64,000 nt of DNA, taken from contig MCFE01000173.1 in NCBI GenBank assembly GCA_002104905.1, forward strand, positions 62,001 through 126,000, read 5' to 3'. Made by a program: the position numbers and the translations under genes. This DNA is from Basidiobolus meristosporus CBS 931.73. Taxonomy: Eukaryota; Fungi; Basidiobolomycota. A model generated the notes under the pieces. It ran no database searches and was not told where the DNA came from. It saw only the letters and a list, made by a program, of their open reading frames with translations. Shown here one piece after another: positions 26,100 to 37,295 of the stretch. Numbering within the stretch: the first letter of the stretch is position 1; every line of letters starts with the position of its first letter.

Positions 26100-27190
26100 C
26101 GGTGATGGCCTTTTTACCAGATCATCCCAATATTTTTCATAGGGGAAATACCTGGACTTATGCCAAGAAGGGTAGTCTCTACCCCACAATAGCAACTGAA
26201 CATCATGAAAAGTATCCACCAAGGAGAGCCAGCAGGACATAGAGGATGAGAAGTTACATACAACACCACAGCTCAGAGGTACTTCGGGGAAAACATGTAA
26301 TATGATATCCAAATCTCTGTTGAGTCATCTGTAGCCTGCCAGAAGTAATCATCCAACCATTATGAAGAACCACTGTATCCTACTTACACAATCTGTCAAT
26401 GGCAAAATATTGGTATTGACCTTGTCCACATGCCAGCAGCTGGATCAAAAAAGTATCTGATTGTTGCTAGAGATGACCTTAGTGGATGGACAGAGGCTTG
26501 AGCCTTGCCCAACAACAAGAGCCATAACATATGGAGATTTATACTTGAAAACATTATGTGCAGATTTGGCTGCATCTGGCAGTTTGTTGCTGTCAGTGCA
26601 GAGATGACATCCCAAATGATTCAGGATTTATGCTTAAGGTACAAGATACACATTGCTTTTACTACTGCATACTACCCTCCAGCCAATGGAATGCTAGAGA
26701 GGGGACATGGACCATTGGTGAACTTTCTTGTCAAGACCTGTGAGAATAACACAACACTGTGGCCACAGCAATTACATCTTGCACTCTGGGCAGATAGAAT
26801 TACTACCAAGAGAACAACTGGATCATTGCCATTTAAGCAGCTCTATGGAATGATTGCATACTACCAGTTGAGTTTAACACAGTCACTTGGAACTCATTGT
26901 ATTGGAGATCCAATATGCAGACTGAAGACCTCCTTGCAACTTGCATACAGCAACTTGATTGCCATGACTTGAATATCCATAGAGCTGCCATAATTAGTAT
27001 TCACTTAGCCAGTAAGAAAAGTATATAAGGGAGGCAATCCCCCAACAACAAATATCATCCCTTTTATCAGTTTACCAACTTGGTGATTAGTGTGATCACT
27101 GCTACCTGATGCTACCTGAACTTCCAACCCCAGACCACAGGATACTCCCAGGAAACTGCGCTGACAGCCAACTGACCTTAGAGGCACTAC
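26100..27190 (+). mobile_element. Integrase fragment of a second Ty3/Gypsy family (G)
   Basis: AGHRG..ACQ zinc-finger remnant; IGIDLVHMP..YLIVARDDLSGW; CRFGC; AYYPPANGMLERGH; ALWADRITT. Sequence is unrelated to family A. Confidence 0.85.
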
Positions 27191-27191
27191 T

Positions 27192-27614
27192 TGTGAGGAG
27201 TACTCAGAGGAGGTATCTTTTATTATATTAGATTTTTTCCCAAGTTTGTTCTTGTACAGACTAAGATACTTTTCTGTCTTTGTAGCTATTGATCACAGCT
27301 GCATTCTTATCAAGTCCTGACTGGTGGAGTTTACAGTTGTTTTGACTTTGGAAGCTTTAGTACATTGTCATCTCAAAGGATGCTGAACCCAGCACATACT
27401 ATTGTTAAGATGCCAACTAAGTTGGGGATTGTAGCTCAATATTTTTCCCTTGACAAGCTTGTGGCTTTATTCCCCATTGCATTAGATTAGAGAGAGAACC
27501 CAAGTATTCCTAACAAGTTTCTGCCAGAGGTTATTGCACCCAGTGAACACCCCACACACAAAACACTTGAAAAGTATTGGACATATATCTCCCCTGAACT
27601 TATACACCACCACA
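27192..27614. mobile_element. LTR family H, copy H1
   Basis: 27340-27614 aligns with 29850-30119 and ends CACCACCACA; the left end is inferred from equal length only. Confidence 0.65.
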
Positions 27615-28380
27615 ACATGTCACTTTCAAACCAGCCAATCAAAGCATGTGAGATATTCACAGGTACTACTACTATATCTGATCTGCACCACTGCAGGATG
27701 TTATCTTTGTATCATGTGTATTGCTTGTGTAGTTGCCCAAAAACTTTGATCCTTCAAAATATTTACATAAATGACTTCTCCAGCTGAAAAATAAAGAGAG
27801 CCTCTCTTTCCAGTATCTTCACACTACAGTTACTGGTTTAAAGGTCTTAAGAGTTCCCTTGCATCCCTTGCACTGTTGAGTACTTGACTTTGATTGGTAC
27901 TACATCAGTAAAGAGACTGCAAAGCTCACAAGAATTCAATCTAAGTTCTACAGGAAAACTACAGTTTTTCTGTTAGAAAAGTCCCCTCTAAGAAACCTTT
28001 TCAATATGAGGCAGTCCCTTCAGTATGAAGTTAACTTTAGAGACCCTCTGATAAAGCTCCTTTACTCTGAAGATGCCCCTTCAGGTAGCCCTTTAGTGTA
28101 AGTCCACTTGAGAGACCACTGTAAGAAGCCCCTTTACTCTAAAGAGACCCCTTTGGACACTACTTTAGAGACTCCTACACCACACTCATTAAGTTTAAAG
28201 AGGAGCTTAGAATGTCCATATTAGGAAAAATTGTATTTGAAAGGTAAGTGACTTTCAAATGACAAAAAGTTACTATAAAAGTAAAAGAACCCAATAGTAA
28301 ACAGAAAGTCTGAACACTGCTTTAGAAGTGAGAAATACTGCCTATAGTATATTTTAAACCTACCATTGAGAATATTAGTG
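27615..28380 (+). mobile_element. LTR family Y, internal fragment including the repeat array
   Basis: Colinear with ~34455-35130. Confidence 0.75.
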
Positions 28381-28609
28381 ACAGCCTAGCTACAGGATCA
28401 TGACAGCTGATCTGAATTAGATCTACACATGTGACCAAATTACTTTTCATATGGTATCATACATACTCATTATATTGCATAAGTTTTTTCTCACTTCATA
28501 TGTGATTATTTGATATCAGCACATCTATGCTAGCCCTATTAGAAATATTCATAATGAACCCATTACAAGGCCATCACAAAATTAAGATCCTGTCACTAAC
28601 TGCAACTGA

Positions 28610-31600
28610 TGTTGTGAAATTTGTAATTCCATCTAAATATTGACCTAACTTAGTCACTTAGATCATTACCTTCAAATCCTAAAGAAAACTTACCAAGCTC
28701 CTGGTGAGGATTTACTTAGAATATTCCCACCAAAACACCAGGTGCCCAGAACATGAAAATTCCAAAGTTGTCCAAACAGCCCCAAACTTTGCACACATGC
28801 TATTGGGACCCTTTGTAGCCTATTCTACATGTGCTTTTTTATGCTAAGACCATGTGAAAGTTTAAATACTACGTTTACATTCAATTAATCATTGAGTGAG
28901 AACCACATAATCTGCTTGTCCTCCCCATCATTTCCAATATGTCCAAGATTCTTATAACAGGTTACAAGCCCCAAACTGTTACTCTCTGCAATGTCTACTA
29001 CTGCTATTACTGGAATTTTTCCCTCTGCTGAAAAGTTGGATGGATCTAACTACCAAGTGTGGAAGGTGAAGATGTAGATGCTGTTACAACAAAAAGGCCT
29101 TTGGGATATTGTCATGGGAGAAGAATGCCCTCCTGAAATTGTTGGAAGCCTTAGAGTACCAGAAGAAAGAACAAAGTGCCTTTATTTACATTTGCCTTAA
29201 TGTTAAAAACAAACTGCTAATTCAATGCTCAAGAGCAAAAACAGCAAAGAATGCCTTGAAGACATTAGAAAACACCTATCAGTCATGTTCAGATGCTAAG
29301 AAAATGTATCTAGGACAAATATTCTTTACTACAAAGATGCAGCCAGGAGAAGAAATGAAAAACTTAATTAACAGAACTACCCTGCTAGTAGATGAGAGGG
29401 AATCTGCTGGCATACCAACTACTGATGAGGATGAGATAGTAGCTATTCTGAATAGCCTAACAGACATGTTTCAGGGCCTTCTATTGGCCCTAGAGTCCAG
29501 AACTAAAGACTTGCCCTTAAGTAACATATATGGAAGGCTCCTGGATGAAGTATTAAGACAATTAGTTGCTAATAAGAAGGAAGAAGAAAATGCTTTAATA
29601 AGCAATGATAACCAGCAAAAGAGGTACCAAAGACCTTACAAAGGCAATAGCAACCCGTTTTGCAACTACAGCAAAAGGAAAGGACACACATCAGACTGAT
29701 GTAGTGGGATCATAGTGACACCCACTGACAGATGTGCTCATTCCCATATTTCTGACTTCCCAAATTCTCTATTACACTTACTTTAGGTTTATTCAATTTG
29801 TCTTGCCTGTTCAGTACTATCCCATAAGCCAGTTGACTATCACATATGCTTACTTTGGAAGCTCTAGTATGTTGTCATCTCAAAGGACTTTGAGCCCAGC
29901 ACATACTTTTGTTAAGATGCCAACTAAGTTGGGCATTATAGCTCAATAGTATTCCATTGACAAGCTTGTGGCTTTAGTCCCCATCACATTAGATGAGAGA
30001 TGGAACCCAAATATTCCTAGCAAGCTTTTGCCAGATATTATTGCACCCAGTGAACACTCCACACAAAACACTTGAGAAGTGTTGAACTCATCTCTCCCTT
30101 GGACTTATACACCACCACACTGGTGTCTCAAAAAAAGAGATAATCTACAAAGAAGCCTGAATATGGAAATGCTGCAACAGCAGAAGATATACTATTTGTA
30201 TCTGTACTAGATATGACCACAAACAAGGACTCTCAGATGCAGTATACTGACTCTGGATCATCTCAACACTTTAAACACCAAAAAGAACTTTTTACCCAAC
30301 ATCAAGAAATTCCAATCATAAAGGTTTTCAGGGGTGACAATAGAACACTTGATGCAGTGGGAGAAGGAACTATCCAAGTAAGCCATAGAAGCACTGAAGG
30401 AAGCAATATAATGACTTTTAAAGATGTACTCTATGTACCAGAAATAGCCAAGATCCTACTATCTATAAGCAAGGCCACAGCAGAAGGACGCTGTTTCAGC
30501 TTTGACAATTCTGGATCCAGGATCACTGATCAAAATGGTCCCATATAGCATTGGGTATCAGAGACCAAAGTCTATACAAGTTGACTTATATTTCAACATA
30601 TCTGGAAGCCAATATGAATAACTTAAATGAAGAAACACCAATTCTTTGGTACAGGAGATTGGGACACATCAATTTTGATTATTTGTGCAAAATGATCAAA
30701 GATCAGCTAATTTCCGGTGTAAAAGCTGATCCTCCAGCTAACTTAGAGAACTGTGAAGCCTACATATCTGGAAAGCAAGCCAGACCACTGCTCAAGAGCA
30801 ATGGGTTAATCAAAACTAAGAAAAATTGGATCCAATTCACTCAGATCTGTGTGGACCTGTGCAAACTTTATCCTTAGGTGGGATGGAGTATTTAATCATT
30901 TTTATTGATGATTATACACACAGGTCTACTTCATGCAGAGAAAGAAAGAAGCTCTGTCTAAGTTCAGGGAGTTTAAAGTCATGGTGGAGAGAGAAACTGT
31001 GAAAAAATCAAGAAAATATGCTCTGACAATGGTGGAGGACATACCTCAGAACTCTTCATCCACTTCTGCAAAAATCTTGGGATAAAGCAAGCAACTACTG
31101 TACAATACTTTCCACAGCAAAATGAAGTAGCAGAGTGTGCTAACAGAGGAATATTTGATATGACAAGATCTATGATCTATGATCAAAAATTATCCTATGA
31201 TTATTGGGCAGAATTAGTTGCTATATCCATATACCTTATAAGTAGGAGTTATAACAGAATAATTTGTGATTCTACTCCATTTGAAGCATGATATGGACAC
31301 AGACCAAGTGTAGAATATCTAAGAATATCTGGGTGTACAACATATGCCAAGAAACTGCCCCAAAATCAGTCAGAATTTGAGCCAAAAAGTGTAAAATGCA
31401 TATTTTTGGCCACTGCAATGAGTGTAAAGCATACAGACTCTACAATGCCAAAGCAAAGAAGCTTATCAAGTCCCAGGATGGGGTATCTGATGAAGATTCA
31501 AAATCTTCACAAAAATTGACATCAGATGATGAAAAAAATCTGATTGCAAATCCTCCAATTGTCAGAACTGAATCTTATTGATCTATGGCCAGCAATCTAA

Positions 31601-32615
31601 TATACATAATGCTTTGAACATGTCCAGATAGCTTATATTAAGCAGGAGTTGTCAGTTAGCATAATCAGAACTATGGATCTGATTACATTGCTGTGGTTAA
31701 GCAGATTTTTAGATACCTAGAAGGAACTGCTGATATCTGTTTAAGATACACTTATATGAATTCAGAACAGGATCTTGTGGGATACTCTAACGCTGATTGG
31801 GTACAAAATTTGGAAGACAGAAGATGCACCACAGGATACACCTTTCTTTATTGTAAAGGAGCAAATTCTGGGAATTCAAGTAAGCAACCAACCATGGCAC
31901 ATTCTACTACCAAGGCAGAGTATATGGCTTATATGGCAGCCTGTGAAGCTACAAAAGAAGCAATGTTGTTAAGAAAGCTTTTTACAGATTTAAGCCTATG
32001 TCAAAAAACTCCTATTACTTTATTTCAGGATAATCAAGGATGTATACAATAAGGAAGATATTCACTTTTCATGCCAGAACTAAGCGCATAGATATTAGAC
32101 ATCTTTTCATACATGAAGCTTCAGAGAATAACTCAGTTAGCCTAACTTACTGTCCGTCATATGAAATGGTTGCAGACATGTTTACCAAACCATTAACTGG
32201 AGGCAAGTCTGAATATCTTAGGTCAAAATTAGGACTAGTTAGCATGAGCATTTAGCTGAGTAGGAATGTTGTAAAAATTTGTAACTCCACCTGAATATTC
32301 ACCTAACTTAGTCGCTTAGATCATTGCCTTCAAATCTTAGAGAATATTGACCAAGTTCCTTGTTGGGATTTACTTGGAATATTTTCACTAAAATACCAGG
32401 TACCCAGAACATCAAAATTCTCAAAGTTGTCCAAACAACCCCAAACTTTGCAAACATGTTCTTGGGACCTTCTGTAATTTATTCTATGTATTCTTAATGT
32501 CACAACCATGTAAAGGTATGAAAACCACTTTTACATTGCATATATCATTAAGTGAAAACCACCTGATTTACATGTCCTTGCAATTACCTCCAATACCTCC
32601 ACAACTCTAACAACA
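28610..32615 (+). mobile_element. Ty1/Copia family B element, two LTRs, most of RT deleted
   Basis: LTRs at 28610-28959 and 32267-32615; PBS GGTTACAAGCCC at 28960-28971; gag 29109-29699; protease YTDSGSSQH; WYRRLGH; integrase FIDDY..PQQNEVAE; jump at ~31570 to the RT 3' end; RNase H (ADW..EDRRCTTGY..TTKAEYMA..ADMFTKPL); purine tract GAGTAGGAA before the 3' LTR. Confidence 0.93.
29700..30119. mobile_element. Solo LTR family H, copy H2 (420 bp)
   Basis: TGTAGTGG..CCACCACA inside the copia zinc knuckle; 4-bp TSD CTGA/CTGG; removal restores GHTSDWCLKK. Confidence 0.85.
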
Positions 32616-32681
32616 AGGTTACCCACCACTTTGTCTGCAATTACAAGATTTAAAACATTACAACACAAACAAGTGTCAAAT

Positions 32682-33202
32682 TGTTATGAATAGACAGAAG
32701 GCAGGAGGAAAAGCTAGGCACAGCAGGAAAGGACTTAGGTGTGGACCATCAAGGCAAGGCAGGATTCAAGGCAAGGCTGTTTATTCATGACCTGTGTTTA
32801 TCAGACTGAGGAATACTTAAGGGGGGATAGGACTATATATACTTTTTGGCTATACTGCTGCCAAGAGATATTAGCTAATACTAATGGGGTTGTGGGGTGA
32901 GGCACAGCAATGGTGCTGGGGATAATGACATAGATGACATAGCACTGAGACAGGATGGGGAAATGGATTGGGTCACCTGATCATGTGACTAAGTCATGTG
33001 ACCTGGTGTTTCCATATATGGTACTGGACTATGAAAAATACAATGGAAAGCTTCAATGGAATGTTCCATTGTGTAACAATGGTTTGGAATGGTCAGGAAC
33101 TTTCTGGAAGGTGGTAGAAGGTTCCAGAAGGAATCTCTTAGGAATTAAGCTAGGAAGCTGAAACTTGGCATGGGTGTTCATGGTTGTCATGTGATCATGA
33201 CA
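32682..33202 (-). mobile_element. Solo LTR family C, copy C1 (521 bp)
   Basis: TGTTATGAA..TCATGACA with a perfect 5-bp TSD, CAAAT; inverted near-copy of 35997-36507. Confidence 0.92.
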
Positions 33203-34143
33203 CAAATAGCCATGAACTAGCTGGAAGAGTGCCAATAAGGGAAAAGTAGGCAGAGACAGATGCACCAGCACAACATTACCAAGGAAGAATCATGGTTCCA
33301 CTCAAGAAGCACTCAGTCATAGTAGTAGGGAAGGACCCAGCTGTGATAAAAACAAGTGGCTACCTCAGGAGCCTGTCACAGCATGGGCTGAGGGCTCAAA
33401 ACAAGAGGAAAAGAAGTGTCAGGTGGCTTGCAGAGTGCCAGCATGGGACAAGCAGGCTATAATGGATGCGTCAGAGCAGCATTGAACAAGGACAAAATGT
33501 AGTTCAATACAAGAACCACTGAGACAAAGTAGCAGTGAAAGACCTTACGGTGATAAAGGAAATGATAAAGGGAAAAAGTCTACCCAAACAGAGACAGGGA
33601 AGCATAAAAAAAAGCTGAAGCTGTTGCCAATTCCTGCCATGAGCCCAGAACAGACTGAATCCCATCCTAGTCAAGAAGAATTACCCACCAAAAAAAAAGC
33701 CATTTTCACAAGAGTTGGAAGTGCGGCCAGTTGAGCTACACTCCAGTGAGGTAGATGAGTTTGCAGAGAAAGGCAATTTGTCTACCATAGCCTCCACTTC
33801 CTTCATTGTTGAGAGAGTAGAGCCCACTGAGAGATAAAGTAACAATATTATGAGCTCACAAGGTTATCACAATGCCTTCAATGAGATTTTGTAATACTAA
33901 TAGGCACACCAAGAGGTTTCAGCACTTCTTCAAGAGCAGTGCTCAAGAAGACATACTTGAATATTGCAAGAATTTATTGCAAAGACTGGCAGATGAGGTG
34001 CTAGACCTTTCAGTGCTAGCTAAAGACCAGAATGTATGGGAACCAGTGAATGAACAGGGGCATAAAGGTGTAGGGTTCCCACCTAAGTCATGAAAACATA
34101 GATTACAGCAGAAATGCTGACCCAAAGAAAAATTACTGAGATG

Positions 34144-35263
34144 TGTAGTCATGGAAAGTATTCCATGACTACAATATCTCCAAACCAATATTGCACTCAT
34201 TTCTTTATTTTGCTTTTTGCTATTTTTACACACAAGTGAGAGATCAAGAATTTCCTACTTTGAAGGACAAACACTCCAGACCCTGTCAAGCAGTCCACCC
34301 CAGAATATTATGTCGTACAGAACACGTAGTAGCCGGCTCATGTTTCAAATTACAGCTCATTTTAAGCAGTACTTGAGGAGTTATGACCAAAAGAGTCCAA
34401 TTACTATATATATACTATGCCTTATTGCTAGGATTACAGTGGTGACTTTAATTGCTTACAACTTCCGAACCAGACAATCAGATCACATAAATTTCTCACA
34501 GATGCTGCACCTATGTTTGATCTGCACCACTGCAAATTTTTAGCTTCCTATTGCATGTATTGCTTGCGCAATTGTCCAAAAACTTTGATGCTTCAGAGAT
34601 TTCATATACATGACTTCCCCAGCTGAAAAATAATGGAGAGCCTGTTTCCAGAATCTCAACACTACAACTGCAAGTCTAAAGGTTATAAGGCTTCCCCTGC
34701 ATTACTTGCACTGTTGAGTATTCTGACTTTGATTGGTTCTACATCAGTAAAGAGACTGCAAAGCTCACAAGAATCCAATCTAAGTTCTACAAGAAACTAC
34801 CACTTTTCAGTTGGAAAAGCCCCCTCTAAGAAGCTCCTTTACTCTAAAGACACCTCTTTAGACACCTATTTAGTCTAAAGACCCCTTTAGAGACCCCTTT
34901 AAGAAACCCCTTTACCCTTAAGAAGCCCCTTTAGGCACCCCTTTAGTGTGAAATCCACTTTAGAGACCACTACAAGTTTATCTAAGACAGTACAGTGACT
35001 TCCAAATAGGGAAAAGTTACCATAAAAGTAAATAAGCCCATTAGTCAACAGAAGGTCAGAACACTGTTGTAGAAGTGACAAACACTGCCTACTGTATATT
35101 TTGAGCCAAAGATTGAGGAAATTAGTGAAAGTGATATCTTCTATTGATATATCAAACTCCCAATAAACTATTACAATATTAGCATACTGGAAGTTGTTGT
35201 ATATTGATGAGTAGCCCCTACATTATAGAACAAGCCCCAAATTAATCATAATACAACACAACA
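34144..35263 (+). mobile_element. Solo LTR-like element family Y (1120 bp)
   Basis: TGTAGTC..CAACACAACA with a perfect 4-bp TSD, GATG (34140-34143 / 35264-35267); TATA-like tract at ~34405; AATAAA at 35162. Confidence 0.85.
34818..34972 (+). repeat. Degenerate 12-13-nt tandem array (RVCCCTTTAG core) inside LTR Y
   Basis: GACCCCTTTAGA, AACCCCTTTACC, AGCCCCTTTAGG, CACCCCTTTAGT; homologous arrays of different length at ~27985-28195 and ~37620-37860. Confidence 0.8.
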
Positions 35264-35996
35264 GATGATCCCATCAAAAGGCTGTCACAAGGCTAAAGTC
35301 CTGTGACTAAGAGGTACTGATCCTGTCAGGACACCGTTCCAAGACCATAGAAAAATAATTACACCTCAGATTTCACAAAATACTGAGTCAAAACTCTTCA
35401 TCACAACAATGTTTAAGTGGCTTTTGATTGGTTCCCTGCCAATTTGCTCACTTTCTGATTCTAGACACTCTAATGCCTCCTACATTTGTGTGCATTGATT
35501 GGCTATTGCCTCTTTTCTACACTCCTTACCTCCTAACTTGATTGTTTCTCTTACTTTTTGTGCATACAAATTGATTTATTTCCATCAAAACTTCAGTTGT
35601 ACCTCAATTGCCAATTGTATTAGCCTATATAAGTCCCAATACCCTACACTAACATTAATCCCAACCCCACACTCAACAAGTAACTCCATTAAATCCACCA
35701 CTCAATAAGTATTTTGGCTGTAAATCTCTGGTTTCACAACTTTGGCAGGAACCCAACGGCTTTATGCCACTGTTCATTCACTGGTTCCCACACATCCTGG
35801 TCTTCAGCTGGCACTGCAAGGGCTAGCACCTCACCTGCCAGTCTTTGTAATAAGTCCTTGCAATATTACAGTGAGTTTTCTTGAGCACTGCTCTTGATGT
35901 AGCGCTGCAACCTCTTGTTATGCTTATTACTGTTCCAAAATTCCACTAAAGGCATTGTGATAGTCTTTTGAGCTCTTTACAATGTAACCTTGTCTG

Positions 35997-36507
35997 TGTC
36001 ATGATCACATGACAACCATGGACACCCATGCCAAGTTTCAGCTTCCTAGCTCAATTTCTAAGAGATTCCTTCTGGAACCTTCTACCACCTTCCACAAAGT
36101 TCCTGACCATTCCAGACCATTGTTACACAATGAAACATTCCCTGGAAGCTTCCCATTGTATTTTTCATAGTCCAGTACCATATATGGAAATACCAGGTCA
36201 CATGACTTAGTCACATGATCAGGTGACCCAATCCATTTCCCCATCCTGCCTCAGTGCCTTGCCTTCTATATTATTATCCCCAGCACTGCTGCTGTGCCTC
36301 ACCCCACAACCCCATTAGTATTAGCTAATATCTCTTGGCATCAGTATAGCCAAAAAGTATATATAGTCCTATCCCCCCTTAAGTATTACTCAGTCTGATA
36401 AACACAGGTCTTGAATAAACAGCCTTGCCTTGTTGATCCACACCTAAGTACTTTCCTGGTCCTGCCTTGCCTAGCCCTACTCTCCTGAATTGTGTCTATT
36501 CATAACA
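35997..36507 (+). mobile_element. Solo LTR family C, copy C2 (511 bp)
   Basis: TGTCATGA..TTCATAACA with a perfect 5-bp TSD, GTCTG; TATA-like GTATATATAG at ~36357 followed by AATAAA at ~36415. Confidence 0.92.
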
Positions 36508-37295
36508 GTCTGTCAGCAGGATCTTAACTCTGTCAGCAATGGAGGATGTGGAGGCTGTGGTAGACAAGTTGCCTTTTTCAGCAGACTCATCTACCTTGCT
36601 GGAGTGTAGCTCAACTGGCTGCACTTCCAACTCTTGTGAAAGCAGCTGTATTCTTGTTGGTAATTCTTCCTGGCTATAAAGGGATTCAGTCTGTTCCAGG
36701 TTTGCAGCATTAATTGGTGAGAACTGCAGTTTTTTTTGCATGCCTCCCTGTCTCAGGCTTTGGTAGACCTTTTTCCCTTGACCTTTTCCTTTATTGTTGC
36801 TAGGTATTTTATTGCTACTTTGTCTGAGTGCTTCTTATAAAGAACTATGTTTTCTCCTGAATAAATTCTGCACCAATGTATCTGTTTTGGCCTGCTTGTC
36901 CCTTGCTGGCACTCTTGTGGCAGCCTGACATTTATTTTCTTCTTGTTTTGAGCTCTCAACTGTAGTTGTGACAGTCTCCTGTAAAAGCAGCTGGTATTTA
37001 TCACCACCAGGGCCTTCACTGCTACTTTAACTAGGTGCTTCTTGAGTGTTACTACACTTTTTCCTTGATAAGTGTTGTGCTAGTGCATCCATGTCAGCCT
37101 GCTTGTCCATAATTGGCACTCTTCCAGCTACCTGACATCTCTTTGATGCTTTTCTGGAGTTTTTAGCCCTGCATGTAACAGGCTCTTATGAAGCTGCTGG
37201 TTTTTAGCCATGGCACCCTTATTCTTCTGCCTTTGATAGTTGCTGCTATTCTTAAGATACTTTCTTAGCATGCCAATGCTGGCTTTAAGGTGATG

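Larger units (their letters stand above)
32650..35706 (+). pseudogene. 3' part of CACTA ORF2 plus downstream non-coding segment 'D', interrupted by LTRs C1 and Y
   Basis: 33203-34143 aligns with 25620-26098 and 36990-35710; 35264-35706 aligns with the reverse complement of 44560-44474 plus 43669-43300. Confidence 0.7.

Noticed and set aside
34155-34165. CRESS-DNA virus origin (AAGTATTCC resembles TAGTATTAC) in the Y hairpin
   Set aside because: Only 7/9 match, the loop is 4 nt instead of ~11, and there is no Rep ORF nearby.
34150-34545. Ulp1-like protease or CACTA exon (ILHSFLYFAFCYFYTQVR; 108-aa ORF)
   Set aside because: It lies inside the TSD-bounded element Y, the frame is not conserved among Y copies (4-nt indel), and no catalytic HW motif is present.
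34818-34972. CRISPR-like array
   Set aside because: Short degenerate units with no unique spacers, in a eukaryotic context with no cas genes.
35334-35706. Segment D as an independent solo LTR starting TGTCAGG
   Set aside because: Homology between copies extends upstream of that TG and no TSD was found.
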